DNA from: Macrostomum hystrix | Taxonomy: Eukaryota; Animalia; Platyhelminthes | Assembly: GCA_950097015.1 (NCBI GenBank) | Contig: CATNEN010000037.1 | Coordinates: 2,852,001-2,916,000, forward strand | Reading direction: 5' to 3' | Length of the DNA: 64,000 nucleotides | Position numbers and translations under genes: made by a program | Shown: positions 24,078 to 37,277 of the stretch, one piece after another | Layout: each line of letters opens with the position of its first letter | Numbering within the stretch: the stretch's first letter is position 1 | The notes under the pieces: model-generated | The model's input: only the letters and a program-made list of their open reading frames with translations | Database searches by the model: none | What the model was told of the DNA's origin: nothing

Positions 24078-24296
24078 ATTGGGTTAGATGTCCAGCCGAC
24101 AGCACAGCCGCAGCTATTGCGTGGCGCATCTGAAGGCTGAGTACGGCTGTTCAGTCCATGGACTGGGGGGACGCCATTTAACAGCTGGGTCAACTCATCT
24201 TGCTAAAGGATACAAATTATTCTAGTGGAGTCTGGATTCGAACCCCCGACCTTCAAGTCATGAGTCCGACGCTCTGACCACTAAGCTACAACCCCT
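24078..24296 (-). mobile_element. tRNA-derived SINE, family B
   Basis: The minus strand reads AGGGGTTGTAGCTTAGTGGTCAGAGCGTCGGACTCATGACTTGAAGGTCGGGGGTTCGAATCC (A and B boxes); head and tail match 46485-46762. Confidence 0.8.
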
Positions 24297-24557
24297 AGGT
24301 TATAAGAAAGCGACCATAACATAATAAATATTTCAGCAAAGTGGTGCACAATAATCCTTCCGCAGTTAAAATTCGATAAGCAGTCAATGTGCATTGAGAG
24401 ATTGTAAAGCGAGATTTTATCATTTTGTACGAGATGATTCAGAAATTTAAGAAAGAGAAAAAAGTCGCGTAAAGTGATTTACAAATAACTGTCTATAAAG
24501 AAGTAGTTTTGCTGCTTTTTTATTCAGAGTCTAGCTCGGAACAGAATTCTCAGGCCT

Positions 24558-27500
24558 TCATTCTTGCTTCAGGCCCTGAACGAGCCGATCCAGGTTGGCC
24601 TTGATGGATTCCAGACTCTCTTCCAGTTTTGAAATTCTGCCATTGCATTTAAACAAAAAGTTAAAGATGAAACTGAATGAAAATTAGCTAACTGCGTTCA
24701 GCAAACCGAACCAAATACATCAAAAACATTATCCCTTCAAGAAGATTCCACATTCTTCCCTTTGATCCCACATTCTTCTCTTTGATTCCACATTCCCTTT
24801 GATCCCACATTCTTCCCTTTGATCCCAAATTCTTCCCTTTGTTTCCACATCCTTCCCTTTGATCCAAAATTCTTCCCTTTGATCCCACATTCTTCCCTTT
24901 GATTCCACATCCTTCCCTTTGATCCCAAATTCTTCTCTTTGATCCCACATTCTTCCCTTTGATCCCACATTCTTCCCTTTGATCCCAAATTCTTCTCTTT
25001 GATCCCACATTCTTCCCTTTGATCCCAAATTCTTCTCTTTGATCCCACATTCTTCCCTTTGATCCCAAATTCTTCCCTTTGATCCCAGATTCTTCCCTTT
25101 GATCCCAAATTCTTCCCTTTGATCCCACATTCTTCCCTTTGATTCCACATTCTTCCCTTTGATCCCACATTCTTCCCTTTGATCCCAAATTCTTCCCTTT
25201 GTTTCGACATCCTTCCCTTTGATCCAAAATTCTTCCCTTTGATCCCACATTGTTCCCTTTGATCACAAATTCTTCTCTTTGATCCCACATTCTTCTCTTT
25301 GATCCCACATTCTTCCCTTTGATCCCAAATTCTTCTCTTGGATCCCAAATTCTTCTCTTTGATTCCACATTCTCCCTTTTATCCCAGGGATCCCAGGGAC
25401 TGCTTGATCTCAAACTCTTCCCCTACTGGATCCCACATTCTTCAACTTGATCCCAGCACTCCAGTGCCTTCCAAAGCATACAGACTGCTCAAACCTGTCA
25501 GCCTGCTGATTGAGCAGTTGAGTCTGCTCAGCGCCTTGTTGCTCGGCCATCTTCTCGGCCAGTTTGTACTCTGTGTACTCTTCCTCAAAATTTCCAATCA
25601 GAGCTCTGCGAAATGGGCTAATCTGCCTGTTGGGATAAATCTCCCGGTGGGACTTGTACCAGCGGCGTTGAATGAAGCGCGGCAGGTTGGTTTCCAGCTC
25701 GTAGATAAGGTTGATCTGTCGGGGTGAAGAAAATAATTAGTTTGTAAGCCTGCTGTTGCATGCTGACGTCTTGGAAATCATTTCTAAGAAAATTTATTTG
25801 AAAAATTGTTTTTGAAAACTAAGAGCGTAGCATTGGGTCTGTAGGTCCACTGATCGACAGTGGCAATCTCTGACGAATGAGGACATCTAAGAAAAATCAC
25901 ACTCACCCTGATGGCGATCAGTTTGAGTTCGGCGCCTCGGGTGATCCCGTCGATGTCGCCAACAGCGATACCAATCTGGAGCGGGTCAGCGGTTCAATGA
26001 TAGGTAAGAATGACAGGTAAGACTCTCGAGATAATAACATTAAGACAATCAGGAAATGAAATGTCCTGTAAGGCGTACATTGAGACAATGAAAGGTAAAA
26101 CTGGATAAAGGTGAGACTGGGGAGAGATAAGACAGGGGAGAGGTGAGACGGGGGAGAGAAGAGACAGGGGAGAGGTGAGACAGGGGAGAGGTGAGACGGG
26201 GGAGAGAAGAGACAGGGGAGAGGTGAGACGGGGGAGAGAAGAGACAGGGGAGAGGTGAGACGGGGGAGAGAAGAGACGGGGGAGAGAAGAGACAGGGGAG
26301 AGGTGAGACAGGGGAGAGGTGAGACGGGGGAGAGAAGAGACAGGGAAGAGGTGAGACGGGGGAGAGAAGAGACAGGGGAGGGACGAGACAGGGGAGAGAC
26401 GAGACAGGGGAGAGATGAGACAGGGGAGAGACGAGACAGGGGAGAGATGAGACAGGGGAGAGATGAAACATTAGAGAGAAGAGACAGGGGAGAGAAAGAT
26501 GAGAAAGGGGAGAGTAATTGTTTGAATGGACCAGGCAGCCTGATTCAGGAATTTATGCGCGCCGTATCTAGCTCGTGGGCCGGAGATTGCAAACAGAGAA
26601 TTAAAGAAGCTCTCAGAGTGACAGGTGAGAAGCGGCTCACCAGAAGGTTGACCAAAGCAATCGGCATCACAATGACAAAAATGGCGAATAGAACTTGCAC
26701 AGCGCCCTGGAACAGTCCGTAGTCGGCGCTGACAAAGTAGGTCACAAGTTCCAACTCGCCCACTGTCATGTCGAAGGTTTTCAGTATGGCCAGTGGCAGC
26801 GTGCTGAATGGATCCTGAAAAAAATGTTTGGTTTAGTTGGTGGTAGTCAAAGCTCTGATTTTCACAATTGCTGACTAAATGTCCTGCAGCATGGACTAAA
26901 ATAGTGTCGGCCTCACAGAGTCCTTCATCACCGAGTAGAAGGTGAGCGCAAAGGCCATGATGAGAAAGCTGAACACGTGCAACACTTTCAGCAGTGAGAC
27001 CAACACTTTCTGGAACATCAGCGAGTGAATGCCCACGTGCGGGATACTGCAAGGTTTCGAGGATAAATGTTCAAGGTCTTTGTATCTGAAGATAACAGGC
27101 TAGATAAAAAAAATTGGTCCGAGTCCAAATAAAAATAGTGTAGTGAGCCACTGCTTAGGAGCCTATTGGTGTCTCACTTGCTGTCAGCTACCCCACCTGC
27201 CAGGTAGCTTAGGTACCTGTTTCACTGTAAGCGAAGGCACCGAGTGACTGCCCAGCCCGCCAGCGTCAGGCGCCGTCTGGTCTGTTTCCTCTCTGCCCCA
27301 CCCGCACCCCCGGCCGCGCGCGTACTTTGAGTGTGCTTTCTCTCCCCCCATCAGGATGAGTCATAAACATGTTTACTGCACTCGCCATTGACGTCAGTTG
27401 CTATTTTTAGAAACCACGTGATTCCTTGACGTGCTTTCTAACTTAGCACTAAGCCCTCGATAACTATAAAATAAGCACCACTTCCCCGCTCCTCCTCACT

Positions 27501-30500
27501 GGTTGTTCTTCTCTTCTTGAAAATCAACTCTTCGATCCGTTACGTTTCGTAAAGTGTTATCTGCGTTAGAGTTCCCTGCCTGAAATCTCTAAGTGTGTGA
27601 TCTAAGAGGAGGATCTCTAAGAAGAGACAACTCTTCCCCAGCCGGCTGATCCCTGAGCACACAGGCACACAAGTCACAGTTGTACATCTACCCTGACTTG
27701 GCGGCTAGCTTCAAGGGTTTAAGTTGTTCCACCATCTCAAAGTATTGTTTTTGATGGTGGCAGACGAGTTAGACCGCTCTGCCATTCAATCCCGCTGACT
27801 AACTGCTTGATCGACTGTCAGTAAATGATGCGCCAGTGACCGCATCATTCCGCTGAGCACCCAGGCACTCACTACTCAATCTGGAACAGGATTAGCGACC
27901 AGGCCATGAGGATGGAGATTAGGCCGCAGACCCAGTTCCACATGCACGGCTCGGAGTCCGGCGGCCAGATGAACGCCAAGGTGACACCGTAGAGGATCAG
28001 GTAGCAGTACACCTCCGTGTTTCGAAAGTAGTATTGCCTCTGAAATGTAGCGATAGAGTATAGAAGTTTGATATCAGCTAGATAAGAATTAGACCTAGCT
28101 CGATTGGGCCAGATGTAAAGCCAGTGGCACAGTCGCAGCTACTGCGTTCAGCTGTTCAGTCCATGGACTGGGGAGGCTGCAACACCAAAAAAATCTCTTC
28201 ACCTTGTGCAGAACTTTGACACCTTCGACGAAGAGGCGAATGACAAGGAAGGCCAGGATGAAGCTCTTCTCGGCCACGATTCGATGATCGGTCAGCTTTG
28301 GGCGCTGCATGGGTGCAAACAGTAAAATAAATCTAGACATGATTCTATAAAAAACTGTACACTAGCCTTATCGAGTGGAGCTATGTTTGAATGAGTGGGT
28401 AGAACCATAGACCACTGGATAGAGACAAATCCCTGATAAATCGCCTTTTCAGGACCAGCATACAGCTACTCGTATATACGGTATCAAGTTTAGTGTCTTT
28501 CTCAAGGGCATTTTTTTCCTTTGACCTGAGATTCGATCTCCTGACCTCTCGGTCAGAAGCTTGAAGAAAACTGGGGGTTTGGCGTGATGTGCTCCAGGCT
28601 CTACATCCAGAGGTCACTCACTATGCCAGTACTGTCATTTCTGCAGCCGGTGGTCGTGTCCATGGCAGTCGATGACAATGGACCATTGTGCATGATGAAC
28701 AGGGTCAGGCAGGACACGAAGCAGAAATAGCACAACAGATCAATCCACATGAAGTAGCGAACAATGTTCCTGCGCGAAATGCAAGAATTTGGAACTCTTT
28801 GTGCTCCATTCTTCACCCCGACTGAGTAACAAGCATTGGAACAATGTCCTCTAACTTAAAGACGGAGGAAAAAAGCAAAAAGCAAAGCAAACCATCTGTG
28901 CTGCAGCATGGCAGACGTCAGCGGATGATGCAGCAGGCCCAGTCTTGCCGATTTTGCCATTGTGCGCAGAGCGAAATATCTATTGGGCTGCGAGGCCACG
29001 TCATCTGGTCCCGGATCCAGCAGCGCGAAATTGTACATCACCTGGATGGAGTTGTGAGCAGTTTTTCAGTGTTTAGGACAGCAGAGAATTTCTACTCGCA
29101 TAGCATTCTACTATTTCTCACCATAAAGTTCTTGTCGAATGGATCACGAACTGTGTTTCCAATGCAGTAGTCTAGAATCTTCTGTAAATAGCAAGGTTAA
29201 TATTGTGCATAAAATATAGTATTGAAAATAAATGCCTTTTTTGCGAACTACTAACAGTAGCATAATCCGGTGCTGATTCAATTAGGCGGTCCATGTGAGT
29301 GCGACCGTCACTGCGTCTGTAGGCCATTGTCCAAGACCAGCTGTAATTTGTTTTCAGAAAATCCATTTTTTAAATTTTATTTAAACAGTGTTAGTAGATG
29401 CTGTACGCTAAGTTTTAAAAGAGAACATCGAGAGCCCCAAACTGTGCGCTACCTAATGTGATAGAACTCCATGTGTTGTGAGAAGTTTCACAATCTTACG
29501 GAACACGTAGAGAGCCTCAAATTTCATGTGGCTTAATTTCAAATCCCAAGCCGAATGAAAATAAGCTTTGCGGTTTCATTTATAACTTTTCCAGATTATC
29601 GTTAATATTTTCATCATATGATTGCGTCGTACATTACGTAAATGTACGTAATGCGTCAACCAACCGATGTCTCCCAGAAACACATAGATAACCCAAAAAT
29701 TGTGTCAACGAACCAATCGCTTCCAAAGAACACGTCGAGAGCCTGCTTGCTTTGCACGCGAATAGCGAAATCTACCGGCGTCTCCAGGTTGCTGTTTTCG
29801 GTGATAAGGGCCGAGTAGTCCAGCAGCAGCTTCACGCACTCGCCCGCGTTTGTCTCCTTCGCCGCGTAGTGCAGTGCCGTGTTCTGGAATTGAAATATAA
29901 CAAATATTTGCTTAATGAAAGATAGAAATAGAATCGACACCTAATATTGACACAGATAGTAAGTATCCTTGACAGAATTTTAGAGTCTCCAAGTATGCTG
30001 CAACCAACTAACCTTACTGACATCCGTGGCGTTCACATCAATGTCCTTGTCTAGCAGCAATTGGGCGATGTCGAAGTGCGACTTCGACACCGCCAGCATC
30101 AGGGCGTTGCGACCGATCTCGTCCCTGAGAGAAAAGAATCGAAAGAAAGATAAGTTTGTCGTCAACCTATCTTGAACAAGATGAGCGAGAAATTCTCGTC
30201 AACTTGCACATTAAGGCACGAGTAAAAAGCGCGTTCGGCACCCACTTGGCATTGAAGTCGGCTCCGTTGTCGATCAGGAAGCGAAAAACTTCAACCCGGC
30301 CATCCTCGACAGCCAGCAGCAATGTGGTGCTCTCGTCCAGGTCGCGCTGTCCCATCGACCGGTCGACGTGGCCGGTGGCGGCAATCAGCAGGCGCAGGCA
30401 GCCCAGGTGGCCCCGCTTGGCCGCGACGTGGGCAGGCCGGCGCTCGTCAGCGTCGACCAGGCAGACATTCGCGCCACGTTTCACCAGCTGCTGGGTGAGC

Positions 30501-33500
30501 TGAAAATTTTTAGCACATTGATGATACTCAAATGACGAGTCCCGGTCTTCATAGCTGCTCGGTAGCATTGTAGGCACAATCACACTTAGCATAGACTCAG
30601 CACAGACTCACTTCAACGCAGCCGCTCTCTGCCGCGTAGTGCAGCGGAGACTTCTCGTGCATGTCCTGCTTGTCGAAGACTGCCTCGATGCCCGGCTCTC
30701 GCAGCAGTCGCTCTACCATGGAGTCACGGTCCTCGATGACGGCCCAGTGCAGCGGAGTCCGCATGCAGACGTCGCGGCAGTCGTGCCGCGCAGCGGCGGC
30801 TAGCAGGATGTCCGCCACGGCGAGGTGGCCCCGGCGTGCCGCCCAGTGTAGCGGCGTCATGAACTGGTCGTCGGCGGCGTTCACGTTTGCAGCCTGTGGG
30901 GTATCGGAGATCAGGAGCAGGGCGTCCAGTGATCTGATGATTTCATCAGAAGGTGCAGTAAAATTCAAACAAATGTCTACTGAGCCCACACACCTGTTCA
31001 ATCAGCAGCTGAGCAATGTTAGATTGGTTCGAGAGGCCGCATCTGCAATGGTGAATTACATAAGTGGTTTGCAGCAGTAACTCTGAGTGCGAGTTTCCTG
31101 GTTACTCGGTGACTGTCCCAGCACTCACTCGTGCAGCGGAGTCCGTCTCCTCCTGTCCAGAGCCGCAGGATCCGCTCCGTGCTGCAGCAGCAGAGCCACC
31201 AGATCTCCGTGGCCGAGGGAGGCCGCGATGTGCAGGCTCGAGTTGCCGTCGTTCTGCGTGTAACACCAGAGAATTTCTTAGAAAATCTTCTCGAAGTTGT
31301 TGCACCTGTGATCAATGCAAGTAGACTCACCCGTTTGACATTGACATTCACTCCAGCTTCGAGTAGCATCTTCACAACCTAAAAATGGTATAAAGTTTTT
31401 GAAACGGTGAATAGTTAGAAGTCAGTGGACACAGCAACATGCTACTCACCTCTGCCCTGTGGTTCTGCGTGGCGTGGTGCAGCGGAGCCGCTCCGTCATT
31501 GTCCTGAGCATTGAGCGCCAGCCTCAGCACATCCGCTGACTGATTGGCTGCAACAAATGCCATGCAGAACACAGCAGGATCAGTCCTACAGAATCACATT
31601 CCTTAGAGCAGCTAAAGCTCATGGCAACTAATTATTGACACATTGTTGTACAAGCCCCCCTGAGTCTCAGGAAGCCTATGAGAAAAAATAAAAATGAATA
31701 AACTAGCTCACTTTCGACGTGCTTCGCCAGGGCCTGCAGAATGACCACCCGACCTTCAATGCAGGCCACCATCATCGGTGTGATGCCGTTGTTATCGGCC
31801 ACAGACGGATTCGCATCGTTGTTCAGCTGGAATCCAGGAGCCCAGGTGTTGTACAAGCTCTTTATGTAGTAGCTCTTAGAGTGAGATACGAGGCAACGGT
31901 TACTAAGGAAACAAGAAACACCTACCAGCAGCTCGCATAGCTCCAAGCTGCCATTGCGTCCTGGTTGGTGAAGCACCGAGTTGCCGTCCATCTCCTGCTT
32001 GCGGATGTCGGCCCCGCTGGCGATTAGAAGCTGGAAGGACAGAAAATACCAGTGTCTCATTGTCCCAGTGTCTCATTGTCCCAGTGTCTCATTGTCCCAG
32101 TGTCTCATTGTCCCAGTGTCTCATTGTCCCAGTGTCTCATTGTCCCAGTGTCTCATTGTCCCAGTGTCTCATTGTCCCAGTGTCTCATTGTCCCAGTGTC
32201 TCATTGTCCCAGTGTCTCATTGTCCCAGTGTCTCATTGTCTCAGTGTCTCATTGTCCCAGTGTCTCATTGTCCCAGTGTCTCATTGTCCCAGTGTCTCAT
32301 TGTCCCAGTGTCTCATTGTCCCAGTGTCTCATTGTCCCAGTGTCTCATTGTCCCAGTGTCTCATTGTCCCAGTGTCTCATTGTCCCAGTGTCTCATTGTC
32401 CCAGTGTCTCATTGTCCCAGTGTCTCATTGTCCCAGTGTCTCATTGTCTCAGTGTCTCATTGTCCCAGTGTCTCATTGTCCCAGTGTCTCATTGTCCCAG
32501 TGTCTCATTGTCCCAGTGTCTCATTGTCCCAGTGTCTCATTGTCCCAGTGTCTCATTGTCCCAGTGTCTCATTGTCCCAGTGTCTCATTGTCTCAGTGTC
32601 TCATTGTCCCAGTGTCTCATTGTCCCAGTGTCTCATTGTCCCAGTGTCTCATTGTCCCAGTGTCTCATTGTGCCTACCTTCGCAATGTCGGTGTGTCCGC
32701 GCCTGCAGGCCACGTGCAGCGCCGTCTGGCCCTTGTCGTCGGTGGCGTCCAGCCTGACGTGCTTCTGCGCAATCAGCAGCTGCAGCGCCCCGGCCGCGTT
32801 GCACGTGGCGGCCACGTGGACCGGTCGGACGCCCTCCTGGCCGCGCTGATTGGGCGAGGCGCCGCTGTCCAGCAGGTGACGCAGCACGTCGATTCGCTGG
32901 TACTTGATTGCGTAATTCACCGCGCACATCAGCCGCTCGTCCCGACTGTCCACCAGGGACGGCTTCGCCTTCAGGGCCGCCCGGACGAAGCCGAGGTCGC
33001 CCTCGCGAACTGCGTGGTGGAACTGCGACGGCGCGGGTCACGTGACGGGTGCAGTGAGTTGTTTTCACTGCACCCGTCACGTATTTTATTATCAACTAAT
33101 AAAATATTAGTTGATAATTAATATTTTATTTTAGATAATGGGAATTTCTACTTCAGAAACACTGCATGGATGCTTATACGGGCGTTAATTGATGCTGAAA
33201 TCGACAGTCAAAGAGATCTTTTCAGGAAAAAATTCAATTTTGGCCGAAATTCAAAACTTAAAACTGAAAGAATGTGAGCGCTATAAAACTTTCTAAATTC
33301 TTACCATCTCAACACTTAAAATGTATTTCTTTGACTAAGTCACCTCTAAGCGATGTAATAATACTAGAAATAATTGCTGGTGACGCTTGACCTGCTGCCA
33401 GCGAGGAAGCAATTCTGCCCATTTTGCTCACTCCTGAGCACACACGCACACAGATACCGTACGCAGGCATACGGTTTCACAGGTGTGTACATCTACCCTG

Positions 33501-34001
33501 ACTTTCTCATCGTCAGGCAGTGTACATTGCCTTCGAGGTTGGCCCTCAAGGGCGTAAATTGCACGACAAGCCCCCAAGCCTTCTCTCCGCGGCTGCGCCC
33601 CAAATGAATGTGGCCTCGTCGTGGAATCGAGCTTAGGGACCTTGGTGCGAGATTCGAAAGCGTTAACCGCTCTGCCCCTCACCTCCCGGGGCGATGTCAC
33701 CCTTGTCAAACGTCATAAACTTACTACGTCACCCCTTGACAATGTCACACCCAGCTCAATGAATCGCATGAGTAGTGCTTACATGCTGCAGCAACTCCCA
33801 GGACTGCATTCCGCGGAGCACAGCATCGGTATCGGGGCCCAACACCAGGCTGTTGCTGCTGCTGCAGCCGCCTTCATCGCCGCCGTCTCCGCAGCCCATG
33901 GGCCGCAGAGCGAAGCTGTCCAGCGATGTTTCGATCGCCGATTTTGTTTTCAACATTTCGGACGGCGAAATCGACGATTTGTTGATGCAAACGCGAGACA
34001 T
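24558..34001 (-). CDS. TRPA1: TRPA1-like ankyrin-repeat cation channel, 23 exons, about 1101 aa
   Basis: Exons 34001-33783, 33022-32678, 32030-31926, 31826-31712, 31547-31450, 31378-31331, 31253-31129, 31042-30994, 30893-30612, 30499-30246, 30124-30013, 29883-29714, 29340-29256, 29181-29122, 29041-28893, 28769-28622, 28304-28203, 28039-27873, 27046-26917, 26814-26641, 25975-25907, 25715-25495, 24636-24558. All are GT-AG with consistent phases and total 3306 nt. The protein has many ankyrin repeats, LLHHPL...W, six TM segments, pore DPFSTLPLAILKTFDMTVGE, VNLLIGIAVGDI and a C-terminal coiled coil. Family is secure; strict orthology to TRPA1 is untested. Confidence 0.9.
24745..25440. repeat. 20-bp pyrimidine-rich minisatellite TTCTTCCCTTTGATCCCACA in TRPA intron 22
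   Basis: Directly visible. Confidence 0.95.
26110..26510. repeat. Purine-rich GGGGAGAG(GT/AA)GAGAC repeat in TRPA intron 20
   Basis: Directly visible. Confidence 0.93.
32048..32670. repeat. 16-bp minisatellite CCCAGTGTCTCATTGT filling TRPA intron 2
   Basis: Directly visible; about 39 near-identical copies. Confidence 0.97.
33378..33681 (-). mobile_element. tRNA-derived SINE, family A, in TRPA intron 1
   Basis: The minus-strand head reads AGGGGCAGAGCGGTTAACGC...GCTCGATTCC; the body is collinear with 1450-1759. Confidence 0.78.
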
Positions 34002-34544
34002 TCACAAATGATAGCGCAAAATTAATACCGGGAGCTGCCAATTAAGATATGATCCACCTGTGCAGATCATTTGCCCTGCCAGCTTCTCATTTATATTGAT
34101 GGCTAGCACACTCAAATGGATGCTAGGAGGCCGCAGAGACAGGTGACGCTAGGAACAACCACCCCAGAATCGTCGCCAATGGCAACCAGTGGATTAATAC
34201 ATTTTTATCTACCAGTTGCGTTGGGCCGCGGTTTAAACAGTCTTATCCAAGCTCAGGTAAGCCATTTTAGTGGGCTAAAAAACTCCTAATTAGAATGCCA
34301 CTTGTTACACAGATGTCAGTTTCAAAGCAAATTAACAGCAGTCACATGATAGCAGTATTTTTTCTAGAAAAATTGACTTCTAAATAGCATTTTACTGCTC
34401 AGAATCTGAAATGGGAAACTATACTCAGCAAACTATACTGACCATGCAAGACTGGGTTTAGCAGGTAGAATTGAAACAGCTTGGGTTAAGCAAAGGATTT
34501 CGTCCCTGACTTTAAAACTAGCATTGAAATAGAAAATGTGGATG

Positions 34545-35285
34545 GAATCGAGTCGGAAAACAATATCTGGAATCAGAAGACAATAGCTGGAATCGGAAAA
34601 CAATAGCTGGAATTGGAAAACAATAGCAGGAATCAGAAAACAATATCTGGAAACGGAAAACAATATCTGGAATCAGAAAACAATATCTGGAAACGGAAAA
34701 CAATATCTGGAATCAGAAAACAATAGCTGGAATCAGAAAACAATAGCTGGAATCAGAAAACAATAGCTGGAATTGGAAAACAATAGCTGGAATCAGAAAA
34801 CAATAGCTGGAATCAGAAGACAATAGCTGGAATCAGAAAACAATAGCTGGAATCAGAAAACAATAGCTGGAATCAGAAGACAATAGCTGGAATCAGAAAA
34901 CAATAGCTGGAATCGGAAAACAATAGCTGGAATCAGAAAACAATAGCTGGAATCAGAAAACAATAGCTGGAATCAGAAGACAATAGCTGGAATCAGAAGA
35001 CAATAGCTGGAATCAGAAAACAATATCTGGAATCAGAAGACAATAGCTGGAATCAGAAGACAATAGCTGGAATCAGAAGACAATAGCTGGAATCGGAAAA
35101 CAATAGCTGGAATCAGAAAACAATAGCTGGAATCAGAAAACAATAGCTGGAATCAGAAAACCATAGCTGGAATCAGAAAACAATAGATGGAATCGGAAAA
35201 CAATAGCTGGAATCGGAAGACAATAGCTGGAATCAGAAGACAATAGCTGGAATCGGAAGACAATAGCTGGAATCGAATCAGAAAA
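34545..35285. repeat. 20-bp minisatellite CAATAGCTGGAATCAGAAAA
   Basis: Directly visible. Confidence 0.95.
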
Positions 35286-35709
35286 ATGTAGCTGGAAATA
35301 TGTGAGACATCTAAAAAACATCTAAAACACAAGGATTTAGTTAAAAGTCTTCAGTACCTAAATATTAAGTGGCATTCCATGCTACCACGAATATTCAAGG
35401 GGCAAATTAAATTTAGACTTATATACTCGTACATTGGTAACTCGCATAGGCAGACTTAATCTAATTTGCTCTCAACTGAAATGCTGTCAGCCCGAACTGG
35501 CAAAACTCCCAAGAGGGGAAGAATTAAATTGCAATTAAACGCCCTGCCAGCCGCACCCTCAGTGTCAGCTGTCAATCAAAAACACCAGCCACGCTTATCT
35601 TAGTGCCGCGCTGGCCTGACCTTGTCCTGCTACCGCGGTGACAAATAAACAAAAATATAAATTTTTGTAACAAGTATTACAAAGTATTGACGTAGATCTT
35701 AATGTAGAA

Positions 35710-37277
35710 TTGACTCAGATCCTGAGGTGTTAGAGTCAGATCCTGATGTGTTATCGAGTCAGATCCTGAGGTGCTATTGAGTCAGATCCTGATGTGTTAT
35801 TGACTCAGATCCTGAGGTGTTATTGACTCAGATCCTGAGGTGTTATTGAGTCAGATCCTGAGGTGGTATTGAGTCAGATCCTGAGGTGTTATTGACTCAT
35901 GTCCTGAGTTGTTATTGACTCAGATCCTGAGGTGTTATTGAGTCAGCTGATCCTGAGTTGTTATTGAGTCAGATCCTGGGGTGCTATTGAGTCAGATCCT
36001 GAGGTGTTATTGACTCAGATCCTGAGGTGTTATTGAGTCAGATCCTGAGTTGTTATTGAGTCAGATCCTGAGGTGCTATTGAGTCAGATCCTGAGTTGTT
36101 ATTGAGTCAGATCCTGAGGTGCTATTGAGTCAGATCCTGAGTTGTTATTGAGTCAGATCCTGAGGTGCTATCGAGTCAGATCCTGATGTGTTATCGAGTC
36201 AGATCCTGAGGTGCTATTGACTCAGATCCTGAGGTGTTATTGAGTCAGATCCTGGGGTGTTATTGAGTCAGATCCTGGGGTGTTATTGAGTCAGATCCTG
36301 AGGTGCTATTGAGTCAGATCCTGAGTTGTTATTGAGTCAGATCCTGAGGTGCTATTGAGTCAGATCCTGAGTTGTTATTGAGTCAGATCCTGAGGTGCTA
36401 TCGAGTCAGATCCTGATGTGTTATCGAGTCAGATCCTGAGGTGCTATTGACTCAGATCCTGAGGTGTTATTGACTCAGATCCTGAGGTGTTATTGACTCA
36501 GATCCTGAGGTGTTATTGACTCAGATCCTGAGGTGTTATTGACTCAGATCCTGAGGTGTTATTGACTCAAATCCTGAGGTGTTATTGACTCAGATCCTGA
36601 GATGCTATCGAGTCAGATCCTGAGTTGTTTTTGAGTCAGATCCTGAGGTGCTATTGACTCAGATCCTGAGGTGTTATTGACTCAGATCCTGAGGTGTTAT
36701 TGACTCAGATCCTGAGGTGTTAATGACTCAGATCCTGAGGTGTTATTGAGTCAGATCCTGGGGTGTTATTGAGTCAGATCCTGAGGTGCTATTGAGTCAG
36801 ATCCTGAGTTGTTATTGAGTCAGATCCTGAGGTGCTATTGAGTCAGATCCTGAGTTGTTATTGAGTCAGATCCTGAGGTGCTATTGAGTCAGATCCTGAG
36901 TTGTTATTGAGTCAGATCCTGAGGTGCTATTGAGTCAGATCCTGAGTTGTTATTGAGTCAGATCCTGAGGTGCTATTGAGTCAGATCCTGAGTTGTTATT
37001 GAGTCAGATCCTGAGGTGCTATCGAGTCAGATCCTGATGTGTTATCGAGTCAGATCCTGAGGTGCTATTGACTCAGATCCTGAGGTGTTATTGACTCAGA
37101 TCCTGAGGTGTTATTGACTCAGATCCTGAGGTGTTATTGACTCAGATCCTGAGGTGTTTTTGACTCAGATCCTGAGGTGTTATTGACTCAAATCCTGAGG
37201 TGTTATTGACTCAGATCCTGAGATGCTATCGAGTCAGATCCTGAGTTGTTTTTGAGTCAGATCCTGAGGTGCTATTG
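35710..37277. repeat. 23-bp minisatellite TTGA(C/G)TCAGATCCTGAGGTG(T/C)TA, about 68 copies
   Basis: Directly visible; most units carry TGA(C/G)TCA and the inverted repeat CTCAG-ATC-CTGAG. Confidence 0.97.

Noticed and set aside
24225-24296. Functional tRNA-Met/Val genes (also 46485-46555)
   Set aside because: Anticodon and acceptor stems pair poorly, the two copies differ in anticodon, and both continue into a shared SINE body.
24688-26722. Repeat ORFs (WDQREE..., SPLSHL..., RRGREET...)
   Set aside because: They are translations of intronic minisatellites in TRPA introns 22 and 20; the exon chain is phase-consistent without them.
31981-33121. 250-350 aa ORFs with SQCLIVPVSHCP repeats
   Set aside because: They are translations of the 16-bp array and the antisense strand of TRPA exon 2.
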